Positions 37,677 through 51,128 of a stretch of DNA of 64,000 bases are shown here, in pieces. Origin of the DNA: an uncultured Acidobacteriota bacterium (lineage in GTDB: Bacteria > Acidobacteriota > Vicinamibacteria > Fen-336). Made by a program: the position numbers and the translations under genes. The notes under the pieces are model-generated. The model made no database searches. It was not told where the DNA came from and saw nothing but the letters and a program-made list of their open reading frames with translations. How positions within the stretch are numbered: position 1 is the stretch's first letter; every line of letters begins with the position of its first letter. The stretch spans positions 646,803-710,802 of the forward strand of contig CAVOPG010000001.1 in the NCBI GenBank assembly GCA_963697835.1, in the 5' to 3' direction.

Positions 37677-39602
37677 CTGGCCGACGGCAGCGACCCGCTC
37701 CTCGCCACGCTCCGCTTCGCGGCCTTCGCCGCGCTCGCCGTCCTGGGCCCGGGGATCGCCCTGCAGAGGCTGCTCCGCCTGCGCTGGGACCCGGCGCTCG
37801 TCGTCCCCCTCGGCCTGTCGTTCTGCGGCGGTACTTTCTGGCTGAGCCTCGTCGCCCACGCGCCCTGGCTCTTCCCGATCGCCGCGGTCCTCGCGTGCCT
37901 CCCGCTCCTGCGGCGCGGCCTCGCGGCCGAGCGGGCCGAGGCCCCCTCGCTGCGGGGCGCGCTCCCCGCCGTCGCTTTTCTCGTGGCCCTCCTCGCCGCG
38001 ACGCAGTACCGCGCGAACCGCGTCGGCGCGGACGGGAGCTTCCTCCTCGACACCGGAGAGCACATCGACACCGCGGTTCACGTCGGCGTGACGTGGGAGC
38101 TCGTGGCGGGATACCCACCGCAGGTGCCGGGCCTCGCCGGCGTCCCGATGCACTACCACGTGGGAAGCCACCTCGTGCGCGCCGCCGCCGCGCGGTGGGC
38201 CGGCATCGACCCCTACGACGCGCTCAGCCGCTTCGACGTCACGCTCTGGGGCATCGCCCTCGTCTTCGCCCTGCGGGCCGCGGCGCACGCGCTCGGGCTG
38301 GGGGCGGCGGCGGTGCGGATCGCCGGCTTCCTCCCCCTCGCCGCCGACCTGTCGTTCGTGCCTGGATTCCTCCTCGGCTCGGAGCACTGGGCCATGAAGC
38401 TCGGCGGCAACTTCCTCGAGGCCGTCCTCTACGCGAACTCGATCTCGCCGGCCATGGCCGCGGCGCTGGCCGCGCTCGTCGCCCTCTCGCGCGCCTCGCA
38501 CGGCGAGGGGCGCGGGTGGCTCGTGCTCGCGTCGCTGCTCGGGGCCGGCTGCGCTTTCCTCAAGGCCTTTACCGGCGCGCAGCTCCTGCTCGCGCTGGGG
38601 CTCGCCTGGCTCGTCCGGCGCTCGCGCCCGCTCCTCCTGGCCGCGGCGCCCCTGGCGGCGGCGCTCGCCGTCCTCGCGTTCGGCTCGGTCGGTCCCACGG
38701 CCGCCGAGGGCGTGCGCGTCGCCTTCGCCGCGTTCGCGCCGGCGAACCCCGCGCGCGTCGCCTTCGGCCTGCCCGAGGCCAAGGGCATGGCACTCGCGCT
38801 CTCGGGGGTCGCCTGGCTCGTGCTGTCCCTCGGCCTGCGAGGCGCCGGGATCCCGGGCGCGTGGCGCGGGCTGCGCCGCGGGGACGCGCCCCTGGCGACG
38901 CTCGGCGCGCTGGCGCTGACCGGCTGGCCGATCGCGCTCTTCGTCAGCATCACGGCGGACCCCGCGTACGACGAGAGCTTCTACTTCCTGCAGGCGAGCG
39001 GTCTCGCCCTCTGGCTCTTCGCCGCCCCCGTGCTGGCCGGGGTCGCCGAGCGGTCCCGACTCGCCGCGGCCACCGCCGTCGTCGCGTGCCTGCTGCCCAC
39101 GGCCGAGCTCGTGGCCCGCCGCGCGACGCAGGAGCCGGAGCACATCCCCGCCGCGACCGTGCGCGCCATGGCCGGCCTGCGCGCGGAGAGCTGCCCGGGC
39201 GACGTGGTCCTGACCCGGCCCGGCGTCGCGCTCGTCCCGCCCGTCGTCGTCCTCGCCGGCCGCCGTGTCCCCCTCGCCAACTACATCCCGTACTGGCGGC
39301 AGTTCACGACGCCCGAAGCGCTCGCCGCGCGCGAGGCGGACGTGTGGTCCTTCTTCCGTGCCGGGGACGCGGCGTCGGCGATCGAGGCGGCGCGCCGCCT
39401 CGGGGCCGGCTACGTGTACTTCTCCGGATCTTCGCCGGGAGAACGGCCCTCGTCGGCCCCGCCGCCGCGCCCGCGCGCCGTGCGTGACATGCTCCTCGAG
39501 GCGGGCGCCCTGGCGCCGGTCCACGTCGAGCCGAGAGCCTCCGTCTTCCGCCTCGTGCCGCTCGCGCCCGCGGCCGGCTGTGGCCCGCCGCGAGGGCTAT
39601 AA
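37677..39602 (+). CDS. Polytopic membrane protein, GT-C/ArnT-PMT-like putative glycosyltransferase
   Basis: About 12 hydrophobic segments and a soluble C-terminal domain. The frame is open from 37638 and clearly encodes TM helices upstream of the ORF-track GTG at 37983. The only start candidate there is CTG at 37677, behind GAGGGGGA. Function is tentative. Confidence 0.6.
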   Translation: MADGSDPLLATLRFAAFAALAVLGPGIALQRLLRLRWDPALVVPLGLSFCGGTFWLSLVAHAPWLFPIAAVLACLPLLRRGLAAERAEAPSLRGALPAVAFLVALLAATQYRANRVGADGSFLLDTGEHIDTAVHVGVTWELVAGYPPQVPGLAGVPMHYHVGSHLVRAAAARWAGIDPYDALSRFDVTLWGIALVFALRAAAHALGLGAAAVRIAGFLPLAADLSFVPGFLLGSEHWAMKLGGNFLEAVLYANSISPAMAAALAALVALSRASHGEGRGWLVLASLLGAGCAFLKAFTGAQLLLALGLAWLVRRSRPLLLAAAPLAAALAVLAFGSVGPTAAEGVRVAFAAFAPANPARVAFGLPEAKGMALALSGVAWLVLSLGLRGAGIPGAWRGLRRGDAPLATLGALALTGWPIALFVSITADPAYDESFYFLQASGLALWLFAAPVLAGVAERSRLAAATAVVACLLPTAELVARRATQEPEHIPAATVRAMAGLRAESCPGDVVLTRPGVALVPPVVVLAGRRVPLANYIPYWRQFTTPEALAAREADVWSFFRAGDAASAIEAARRLGAGYVYFSGSSPGERPSSAPPPRPRAVRDMLLEAGALAPVHVEPRASVFRLVPLAPAAGCGPPRGL

Positions 39603-39618
39603 TCCCCGCGGTTCGGCC

Positions 39619-42334
<2,716 letters not shown>

Positions 42335-42345
42335 GGGCCGACCGC

Positions 42346-42370
42346 ACGCCTCAATTCAAGATCTGACCCC
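42346..42370. repeat. Solo copy of the right arm of the 36147 element
   Basis: ACGCCTCAATTCAAGATCTGACCCC matches ACGCCTCGATTCAAGATCTGACCCC (36184-36208) at 24 of 25 positions, in the same orientation. It lies between convergent stop codons. Confidence 0.9.
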
Positions 42371-42371
42371 T

Positions 42372-43247
42372 TCAGAGGCCGTTCGCCTCCAGGAAGCCGA
42401 AGACCGTGTCCCAGTAGCCCGGCGCGTTGGCGGCGCCCGAGTGAGGCGCCCCCGGGGCCGTCCACAGCCGTTTCGGGCCCGGGTGGGCGTCGAGCACGCG
42501 GCGCACCACGGGCTCGGGCATCCGCGGGTCGTCGCCGTCGACGATGAGCAGCAGCGCTCCCTTCACGCGGCGCGCGGCCAGGACGGCGCTCACCTCGTCG
42601 GCGTCGAAGCCGGCGCGCCACTCCGCCACCGCGATCGCGGCGGGGACGAGGGGAAACCAGGACGGCAGGCCGTAGTAGAGCCGGGCGTGGTGGGCCATCG
42701 TGCTCCGGTAGTCGTCGTACGGCGCCTCCGCCACCACGGCGCGGACATCCGGCTCTTCCGCGGCGGCGCGGAGCACGGCGACCGCGCCCATCGACACGCC
42801 GAGCAGGACGAAGCCCCGGCGTCCGAGCCCACGCTCGCGCAGCACGGCGAGCGCGGCGCGAACGTCCTCCCGTTCGCGGCCCCCGAGAGTGGTCGTCCGT
42901 CCCTCGCTCCCGCCGTGGGCTCGCAGGTCGAGGAGCAGCACGGTGTGGCCGCGGCGGTGGAGCGTGGCGCCCGAGTCCGCCTGGCTCTCGAGGCTGTCGC
43001 CGAGCCCGTGGACGAGCACGGCGGCGGCACGGGTCGGGTCGCCGGGGGCGAGCCATGCTCGCAGCCGGAGGCCCTCGGAGACGACGGCCGTCTCCTCCCA
43101 CGGATGCCAGGGCGCGTGCGCCGCCTGCCGGACGGTGCCGACCAGGACCTGCGACGCGGCGAGGGGCAGACCCCCGCAGACGGCTCCGCCGTAGAGGGCC
43201 ACCCGGGCGAGGATCCGGCGGCGGCGCGTGGCGAAGAGGGGCCGCAC
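42372..43247 (-). CDS. Alpha/beta hydrolase
   Basis: VLVHGLGDS, nucleophile elbow LLGVSMGA, C-terminal ...APHSGA. GTG start at 43247 is a guess. The 600-aa ORF upstream of it is Arg-rich junk. Confidence 0.8.
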   Translation of the reverse strand: MRPLFATRRRRILARVALYGGAVCGGLPLAASQVLVGTVRQAAHAPWHPWEETAVVSEGLRLRAWLAPGDPTRAAAVLVHGLGDSLESQADSGATLHRRGHTVLLLDLRAHGGSEGRTTTLGGREREDVRAALAVLRERGLGRRGFVLLGVSMGAVAVLRAAAEEPDVRAVVAEAPYDDYRSTMAHHARLYYGLPSWFPLVPAAIAVAEWRAGFDADEVSAVLAARRVKGALLLIVDGDDPRMPEPVVRRVLDAHPGPKRLWTAPGAPHSGAANAPGYWDTVFGFLEANGL

Positions 43248-43283
43248 CGGTCCATAATCCCCCAGCTTCGACGGAGCGGGCCA

Positions 43284-44205
43284 GTGGAAATCGTGCTCAA
43301 TCGCAAGGGAGGCGTGCCGCTTCACGACCAGCTGCTCGCGCAGCTGGAGCTGCAGATCCTGGGCGGGGCGATCGCCCCCGGCCAGCGGCTGCCGTCCGTC
43401 CGTGCCCTCGCGCGGCGGCTCGGCCTTCACGCGAACACGGTGTCGTCCGCCTACCGCGACCTCGAGAAGGCCGGGCACGTGGAGCTCCGGCGCGGGGCCG
43501 GGGTGTACGTGCGCGCCGCCGCGCCCGCCTCGCTCGAGGAGGCGCGCGGCCTCGACGAGATGGTCCGCCTCGCCCTGATCGCCGCCTTCCGCATGGGGCA
43601 CTCGGGGAGCGAGATCCGCGCGGCGGTCGAGCGGTGGCTGCGCGCCGCGCCTCCGGAGCGGGTCGTGATCGTGGACCCGCGGCGGGAGACGCTCGATCTC
43701 GTCGCCCACGAGATCCGGACGAGCCTCGGCGTCCCCGCCTCGGGCTGCACCCTCGAGGAGCTGGGGAAGGAGCCTGGGCTGGCATCGGGCGCGCTCCTCC
43801 TCGCGCTGCCCTATCACGCGGCGAAGGTCGCGCGGGCCGTCCCGGGTGCCCCGCTGGAGACGGTGCACGTCGAGGCCTCGCCCGAGGACCAGAAGATCAT
43901 CAAGTCGCTGCCCGCAGGAGCGACGATCCTGGTCGTCTCCGGCTCGCCGATCCTCCTGCAGATCGCCGCGGGCGTTCGTCGGCGGCCTTCGCGGGGACGA
44001 GGTCCTGGTGGAGACACGCCTTCTCCCGCGCCGCGCGGAGTGGCGCCGGCTGCTCCCGGCGGCCGACGTGGTCTTCGCGGACGCCCTGGCCGCCCCCGTG
44101 GTGCGCGAGGCCCACCCTCGCCGCCTGCGCGAGCTGCGCCTCCTGGGTGAGGAGGATCTCGCGCGCGTCCGCAAGGCGCTCAGCGTGGCCGTGTCCGCGG
44201 CATAG
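43284..44205 (+). CDS. GntR-family transcriptional regulator with C-terminal effector-like domain (frame break near ~43972)
   Basis: GTG at 43284 behind GGAG. Winged HTH: PGQRLPSVRALARRLGLHANTVSSAYRDLEKAGHVELRRGAGVYV. Divergent from the hydrolase gene. Confidence 0.8.
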
Positions 44206-44215
44206 GAGACTCCCT

Positions 44216-45872
44216 TTGCTCGCCGCCGCTCTCCTCTTCTCCGGCGCCGTGCCCGGCTTCTCGCCGCAGGCCCTCTGGGACGGCTGGCCGGACCGCCGGT
44301 TCGTCGTCACCCCCGCGCCGTGCCTGCGCCACGCGGAGCTCGTGGAGCGGCTGCGGGCGCTCGAGGCCCGCTACCGGGGCCGGGTCACGCTCGAGGAGGT
44401 GGGCCGCTCCGTCGAGGGCCGGTCCATCCAGCTCGTGAACCTCGGGAGCGGGCCGCGGCGGATCCTCCTGTGGTCGCAGATGCACGGCGACGAGCCCTCG
44501 GCGACGCCCGCGCTCTTCGATCTCGCCGACACGCTGCTCGGCTCCGACGCGCCGGAGCCCCGCGCGATCCTCGACGGCCTGACTCTCCTGATGGTGCCGA
44601 TGCTCAACCCCGACGGGGCCGAGCGCTACGGCCGCCGCAACGCGCAGGCCATCGACATCAACCGGGATGCCCTGAACCTCTCGACGCCGGAGGGGCGCAT
44701 CCTGAAGGCCGTCCGCGACCGGTTCCAGCCGGAGCTCGGGTTCAACCTGCACGACCAGAACCGGCGCACGACGGTGGGCGACACCGCCGTCCTCTCGACG
44801 ATCTCGCTTCTCGCCGTGTCCGGGCGACCGGGAGGGGACGCTGACCCCCGGCCGCGCGCGCGCGAAGCGCGTCTCCTCCGCCGTCGCGCGCACGCTCGCG
44901 CCCTTCGTGCCGGGCGGGATCGCGCGGTACGACGAGGACTGGAACCCGCGGGCCTTCGGCGACAACGTGACGGCCTGGGGCACCCCGGTCGTGCTCATCG
45001 AGAGCGGGGGCGTGCCGCCGGGCCGGCCGCTCACCGACCTCACGCGGCTCAACTACGTCGCGCTGCTGACGGTGCTCCACGGCCTCGTGCGTGACGACCT
45101 GGCCGGGCGAGACTCCCGACCTCTACGAGAGCCTGGCCAGCAACGACGGAGGAGCGCTGGACCGACGTCCTCCTCGAGGGCGGCCGCGTGTGGCAGCCGG
45201 GGGCGGGCGAGCCGTACCGCGCCGACGTGGCCTTCGACGTTCTCGATCGCGATCCCCTGGCGGCCTCGTGCGCCGACCCGGGGTCGCCCGGGTCCTCGCG
45301 CATCCGCGAGGTGGGCGACGGAAGGCTGCTCGGCGCCGCGCGCCGGGTCGACGCCTCCGGCCGGCTGGTGGCGCCGGCGTTCGCCGCGTCCGTGCGCGGG
45401 CGCGACGCTCGGTCGTGGCTCACGCGCCGAGGCGCTCGCCGCCGTCGGGCGGCTCGGCGTGGCGCGGCTGCTCTGGCACGTGGCGCCCCTCGATCGGGCC
45501 GAGGCCCTGGCGCACGCGGGACAGATCGCCGCACCCGGCCGACCGTCGGTCGAGGTCGTGGACGCGGACGTGCCGGCGAGCCTGCTGGAGATCGACTCTC
45601 CGCCCGGGACGCCGGCGTCTCCCGCGCTCGAGTCGGCCCTCGACGCGCTCACGCACGGCTCGTGGCGGAGCCGGGCCAAGGGCCGCCCGCTCGGCGCTCT
45701 CCTCGGCGAGCTGGCGGGGGCGGGACTCGCCGAGGACGATCCCCTAGTGACCCCGGACAAGCGCGCCTCGCTCGTCGTGCTGCGCCCGCGCGAGGAAGGC
45801 AACCTCGACGCGGGGCGCCTGGACCTCGAGGCGGTCTTCATCGACGGGCGCGAGCCCGGTTTGGTGAGATAG
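44216..45872 (+). pseudogene. M14-family zinc carboxypeptidase with C-terminal extension, about 4 frame breaks
   Basis: TTG at 44216 behind AGGAG. Motifs LWSQMHGDEPSAT, MVPMLNPDGAE, NRDALNL, FNLHDQN, AWGTPVVLIESGG. Breaks near 44825, 45095, 45165 and 45400. Confidence 0.75.
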
Positions 45873-45874
45873 GC

Positions 45875-46483
45875 GTGGCTCTCTGGACCGACCCGGGGAT
45901 CCCGGCGCTGGGCCCGAACGTGCAACGTGCCCACGGTCGCTTCGCCGCTGCGGTGGGCCGCTTCATGATGGGCATCCGCGGCTGGCGCGTCGAGGGACAG
46001 ATCCCGGACATCCCGAGGATGGTGCTGATCGTCGCCCCCCACACCTCGAACTGGGACTTCCTGACCGGGACCTGGGTCAAGCTCGCCCTGCGCATGGGAG
46101 CGCGCTTCGTGGGCAAGCACACGCTCTTCCGGTGGCCACTCGGCATCTTCATGCGGTGGCTCGGGGGAGTGCCGGTGGACCGCTCGGCGGCGGCCGGCTT
46201 CGTCGAGGAGGCCGCGCGGGTGGTGAAGGAGTCCGAGCGCATGACCCTCGTCGTCGCGCCCGAGGGCACGCGAAAGCTCACCGACAAGTGGAAGTCGGGC
46301 TTCTACCGGATCGCGGTGGCGGCCGGGGTGCCGATCCTCCTGGTTGGCTTCGACTACCCGCGCAAGGTCGTCGTCTTCGGCCCGCTCTTCCAGCCCACCG
46401 GTGACTACGAGAAGGACCTGCCCGAGATCCAGTCCCACTTCAACGCCGGCATGGCCCTCCGGCCGGAGAACTACGGCTCCTAG
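45875..46483 (+). CDS. PlsC-family lysophospholipid acyltransferase
   Basis: GTG at 45875. HX4D motif APHTSNWD, and VVAPEGTR. Confidence 0.8.
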   Translation: MALWTDPGIPALGPNVQRAHGRFAAAVGRFMMGIRGWRVEGQIPDIPRMVLIVAPHTSNWDFLTGTWVKLALRMGARFVGKHTLFRWPLGIFMRWLGGVPVDRSAAAGFVEEAARVVKESERMTLVVAPEGTRKLTDKWKSGFYRIAVAAGVPILLVGFDYPRKVVVFGPLFQPTGDYEKDLPEIQSHFNAGMALRPENYGS

Positions 46484-46524
46484 CTCGCTTCGCACCCCCC
46501 CAAGCCCCCCCGTGACGGCATCGG

Positions 46525-47314
46525 CTACTCCTGGCCGTCGCCGTCGCCTATCGTTTCTTCGAGTTGTCGCAGGAGGCGGGTGCCGTCTTCCTTGTTGTAG
46601 GGCTTCGCGTAGAAGTCGTCGAGGTCGAGCGGCGGGTGGATCTTCAGCGAGCAGCGCTTGAAGAGCTTGCCGGGCAGCTGCTTGTGCAGCAGCAGATCGC
46701 GGAAGCCGTCGACGCGCAGGGGCAGCGCCACCGCCTTCGTGTTGTGCAGGAGCCGGGAGACCCCGGCGCGCAGCGGGGCGCCCTTCTTCGTGGTGCCGGC
46801 GGGGAAGTGCAGGAGCCAGCCGTCGTGGATCGCCTCTTCCACGCGCGCGACCCCGTCCATGTCCACCGGGCGCTGCACGTCCACTCCCGCCCTCGCGGAA
46901 GCTGCGCCTGAAGGTGACGCCCCCGACGAGGGCCATGAGCTTCGTGAGGAGGTTCTTCTTCATCGTCTCTTCCGCGGCCGAGAAGCGCAGGACGGGGTTC
47001 TCCAGCGGAAACTGGTGCCGGACGTAGACGAGGTCGAAGAAGGTGAGCGCCTCGAGAAAGTAGGTCTGGTGGTTGGCGAGGAAGACGACGTTGCGCCGTG
47101 GAAGGTCCTTCAGGACACCGTCGCCCTCGACCTGCACGTCGTTGAGGATGGCGAGGTACGGGACGGTGAAGCCGACGCCGAAGCTCGCGAGGATCCCGCG
47201 CCGGAGCCAGCGGCTCAGGAACGTCCGGGCCGCCTTCTCGGGGACGACGCTTCCCAGGAGCTTCACTCCCGGGATCGCGCCGACGAGCCCGTTGGCCGCA
47301 CCTCGATGTCCCAT
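46525..47314 (-). CDS. Lysophospholipid acyltransferase-like protein (frame break near ~46888)
   Basis: ATG at 47314. VVFLANHQTYFLEALT, then after the break LLHFPAGTTKKGAPLRAG. Confidence 0.7.
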
Positions 47315-47499
47315 CCTCGTCCCCGGCTGCGCCGGGCCGATCCTGTCCCTGCCCGCCGCCCCCGTCACCTGGTCGCGCCGATCCCGCCGGGCCACGTCTC
47401 CACCTCCTGACCCGACGATTCTGGGGGCTCCGGCTCTCCGGCGTCAACGACCGGATCGATGCGGCCTATACTCGCGCCGACCGTCCACGGAGGAGAACG

Positions 47500-49246
47500 A
47501 TGAGCCCACTCCGGCGCCTTCCCTTGCTCGCCGCCCTGTCGCTGCTCGTCGCCTTGCCGACGCTCGCCGGGGATTCCGCACGGCTTCGCATCGCGGTGCG
47601 GTTTCCGGCGTCGGCGAGCCCGGAGGCGCTCGACGGCCGGCTGCTGCTCCTGCTGTCGACCGACCCCTCGGCGGAGCCGCGCTTTCAGGTGAACGACACG
47701 AACGTCGCGAAGAGCCAACAGGTCTTCGGCATCGACGTGGATGGCTGGAAGCCGGGCGAAGAGGCGGTCTTCGACGGGAGCGTCCTCGGCTACCCGGCGG
47801 AGGGCCTCGGCGACGTGAAGGCCGGCACGTACCGTGTCCAGGCCCTCCTCCATCGCTACGAGACCTTCCGCCGGGCGGACGGCCACGTCGTGAAGCTTCC
47901 CATGGACCGTGGCGAGGGACAGCAGTGGAACCGGGCGCCGGGAAACCTGATCAGCAGCCCGCGGGAGCTCGCGATCGACCCCGCGAAGGACGACGTCGTG
48001 AGGATCGAGCTCGACAAGTCGATCCCGGCCATTCCCCCGCCGAAGGACACGAAGTACGTCAAGCACGTTCGCATCCAGAGCGACCGGCTCACGAGGTTCT
48101 GGGGGCGGCCCATGCACCTGGGGGCGGTCGTGCTCCTGCCCCACGGCTTCGACGAGCACCCGCAGTCCCGCTACCCGCTCGTCGTCTTCCACGGGCACTT
48201 CCCGCACACGTTCGACGACTTTCGCGAGGAGCCACCGGACCCGAGCCTGCCCTGCGAGTACTCGGAGAGGTTCCACCTCGCCTGCTACAACCGGATCCAG
48301 CAGGAGCAGGCGCACCAGCTCTTCGAGGACTGGACGGGCCCCGGCTTCCCCCGGTTCATCGTCGTCCAGATCCAGCACGCGAATCCCTACTACGACGACT
48401 CGTACGCCGTGAACTCCGAGAACCTGGGGCCCTACGGCGACGCCATCCAGAGAGAGCTCCTCCCGTTCGTCGAGAAGAGCTTCCGCGGTCTCGGCCAGGG
48501 CTGGGCGCGCTTCACGTACGGTGGATCGACGGGCGGCTGGGAAGCGCTCGCGGTCCAGGTGCTCTACCCGGACGAATGGAACGGCTGCTGGGCCGCGTGC
48601 CCCGACCCCATCGACTTCCGCGCGTACGTGACGACGAACCTCTACGAGGACGGGAACGCTTACTACGCCGAGGGGCCGTTCGGCCGCGTGGCGCGGCCCG
48701 CCTTCCGCAACTGGCTGGGCCACGTGTCGGCGACGCTTCGAGCAGTCCAACCAGGCCGAGCTGGTGCTGGGCACGAAGACCCGCTCCGGGAGGCAGTTCG
48801 ACGTCTGGGAGGCCGTCTACTCCCCGGTGGGAGAGGACGGCTACCCGAAGCGGATCTTCGACAAGCGCACCGGTGTCGTCGACCGCGGCGTGGCCGAGCG
48901 CTGGCGGGAGGGCTACGACCTCCGCCACATCCTCGAGCGCGACTGGGCGAAGGGACTCGGCCGGAAGCTCGAGGGCAAGATCCACATCTACGTCGGCGAC
49001 ATGGACAACTACTACCTGAACAACGCCGTCTACCTGACCGAGGACTTCCTGAAGACGACAAGCAACCCGCCCTACGGCGGCGAGGTGGACTACGGCGACC
49101 GGGCCGAGCACTGCTGGAACGGCGATCACACGCGAGAGAACGCCTACTCGCGCCTGCGCTACATCCAGATGTTCGCCCCGAAGATCGTGGAGCGGATCGA
49201 GAAAAGCGCGCCTCCGGGGGCCGACCTCACGAGCTGGCGGTACTGA
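47500..49246 (+). CDS. Secreted esterase-family alpha/beta hydrolase (frame break near ~48738)
   Basis: GGAGGAG plus ATG. Signal peptide MSPLRRLPLLAALSLLVALPTLAG. GxSxG motif in YGGSTGGWEAL. The sequence continues sensibly in ORF 48764..49246. Confidence 0.75.
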
Positions 49247-49249
49247 TCG

Positions 49250-50511
49250 TCACCGGCTTCGCTCCCGGGTGACGAGGTCCGCCCGTGGGCGGATGAGCAG
49301 GACGAGGACGATCGAGACGACGGCGGCGCTGGCGAAGACGCCGAAGATGACGTTGAGCGGCACGGCGCGGTCGCGCAGCGCGCCGAAGCCCCAGTCGGCG
49401 AGCCCGCCGCAGCTGATGCTCACGAGGTTCATGACGCCGTAGCCGGTGGCGCGCAGCTCCGGCGGCACGATCTGGCACAGGATGGGCATGTTGTTGCAGT
49501 CGAAGAAGCCCCAGCCGAGGCCGAAGAGCGATGAGGAACGCCACGGCCACCGCGAGCGAGCCGGCGTTGCCCACGCCGAAGATCGCGGGGACGATCAGGC
49601 TCATGCCGATGGCGCTGACGAAGATGCGCCCGCGGTCGTGCCGCCGCATCCAGCGGTCCGCCAGCCAGCCGCCGGCAAGGGCGCCGACGATGGCCGCGAC
49701 CTGCCAGTAGAGCGTCGCCGCGACGCCGGCCTGGCCCTGGCCGATGTCGAACTGCTGCTTGAGGATCGCCGGCATCCAGTCGCGCACGACCCAGCCCGCC
49801 AGCGCCGGCAGCGTGAAGTAGAGCACCAGCAGGATGAAGGAGAGGTTGGTGAGCAGCTCCCGCGCGGCGCGGCCAGGGGAGGGCTTCGGCGCCGGGGCGG
49901 CGCGCGGCTCCCTTCGGGCGCGTCGCGCAGCAGGAGCGACGAGCGGCAGCGCGTAGAGCATGCCGAAGACGCCGCAGGCGTCGAAGGCGAACCGCCAGCC
50001 CAGGTGCGGCGCGTCGGCCACGTAGCCGCCGAAGCCGCCGACGATCACGCCGCAGTAGATGGCCATCTGGTGCAGCCCCACCGCCCGCGAGCGCGTGGGG
50101 CCGGCGTGGTAGTCGGCGATGAGCGCCAGCGCCGCCGGGATGTAGAAGGCCTCGCTGATCCCCATGAGCGAGCGGGCCAGGAGCAGCTCGTCGTAGCGTC
50201 GTGACGTGCCCGGTCCACCACGTCACCGCCGACCACACGAAGAGGCTGCCGCAGATCGTGAGCCGCCGGCTGAACCGGTCCGCCACGTAGCCGCCGATGG
50301 GGCTGAGGAAGGCGTAGACCCACTTGAACTGCCCGAGCATGAAGCCCCAGTTCGCCTCCGTGCCGATGCTGGGGATGTCCGCCATCACCGAGTACTTCAT
50401 CGACGCGAGCATCTGGCGGTCGAGGTAGTTCAGCAGCGCCACCGGCCAGAGCAGGACGACGACCAGCCACGCGGTGCGGAGGAGCGTCGACGAGGGGGAG
50501 AGCCTGGACAC
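49250..50511 (-). CDS. MFS transporter (at least 2 frame breaks)
   Basis: LNYLDRQMLA, GGYVADRFSRR and further TM segments are spread over ORFs 49429..50511, 49227..50165 and 49250..49489. Confidence 0.8.
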
Positions 50512-50854
50512 GGGTGGAGATGGCGGCGTCAGACGATAGCACCGTTCGACGGGCGGGCCCCTGGCGGCGGGGGTGACAGGCCGCTCCAGACGCCGCAGGA
50601 GTAGAGCGCCCTAGGTCACACGACCCAGTCCCGGGTGCGATGGCCGTCGGGTTTCCCCACACGACGGTCGGGGAATCCCGCATCGCGTCTTCTCGCTCGA
50701 GAGCGTGCTTCCGGATGCGCCTCACGCGATCTCGAGCGGGCTCTGCGCGGTGGCGGGTTTCCCGCCGTCGTGGGCGAATCCGGCACCGTCCTTGCCCTCA
50801 CTCCTGATGCGGGCGCTCCATGCGAGACGAGCCCGCAGGAAGGCGGGTGAGACC

Positions 50855-51106
50855 ATGTACGGACCGGACGGGCCGGACACGTTCTGGCTGAACTTCACGA
50901 ACATCGCGCTCGGGCTCGTGACTCTCCTGTGCGTGCTCGTCATCGTCGGCGGGGTGGCGCGGGAGCTCCTCCATCGCTGGGAGCGGCGCGCGCTCGCCCG
51001 GGAGGACGACCACGCCTTCGCGACGCCGGGCCTCGGCGTGACCATGGCCGACGGCGGCGAGCGCGTCGAGAAGCCCGCGCCCGCCGCTCCGAAGTCCCGC
51101 TCCTAG
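50855..51106 (+). CDS. Small single-pass membrane protein (83 aa), first gene of the 50855-57555 operon
   Basis: ATG at 50855. One TM (NIALGLVTLLCVLVIVGGV). 22 nt upstream of the next gene. Confidence 0.5.
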   Translation: MYGPDGPDTFWLNFTNIALGLVTLLCVLVIVGGVARELLHRWERRALAREDDHAFATPGLGVTMADGGERVEKPAPAAPKSRS

Positions 51107-51128
51107 CGCGCGAGCGAGGGATCGACTC

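Noticed and set aside
45053-47395. 780-aa minus-strand ORF.
   Set aside because: Only about 140 residues near its N-terminus (MGHRGAANG...FRRSFREGG, from about residue 28) belong to the acyltransferase gene at 46525..47314. The remainder is antisense to the M14 peptidase and PlsC genes.
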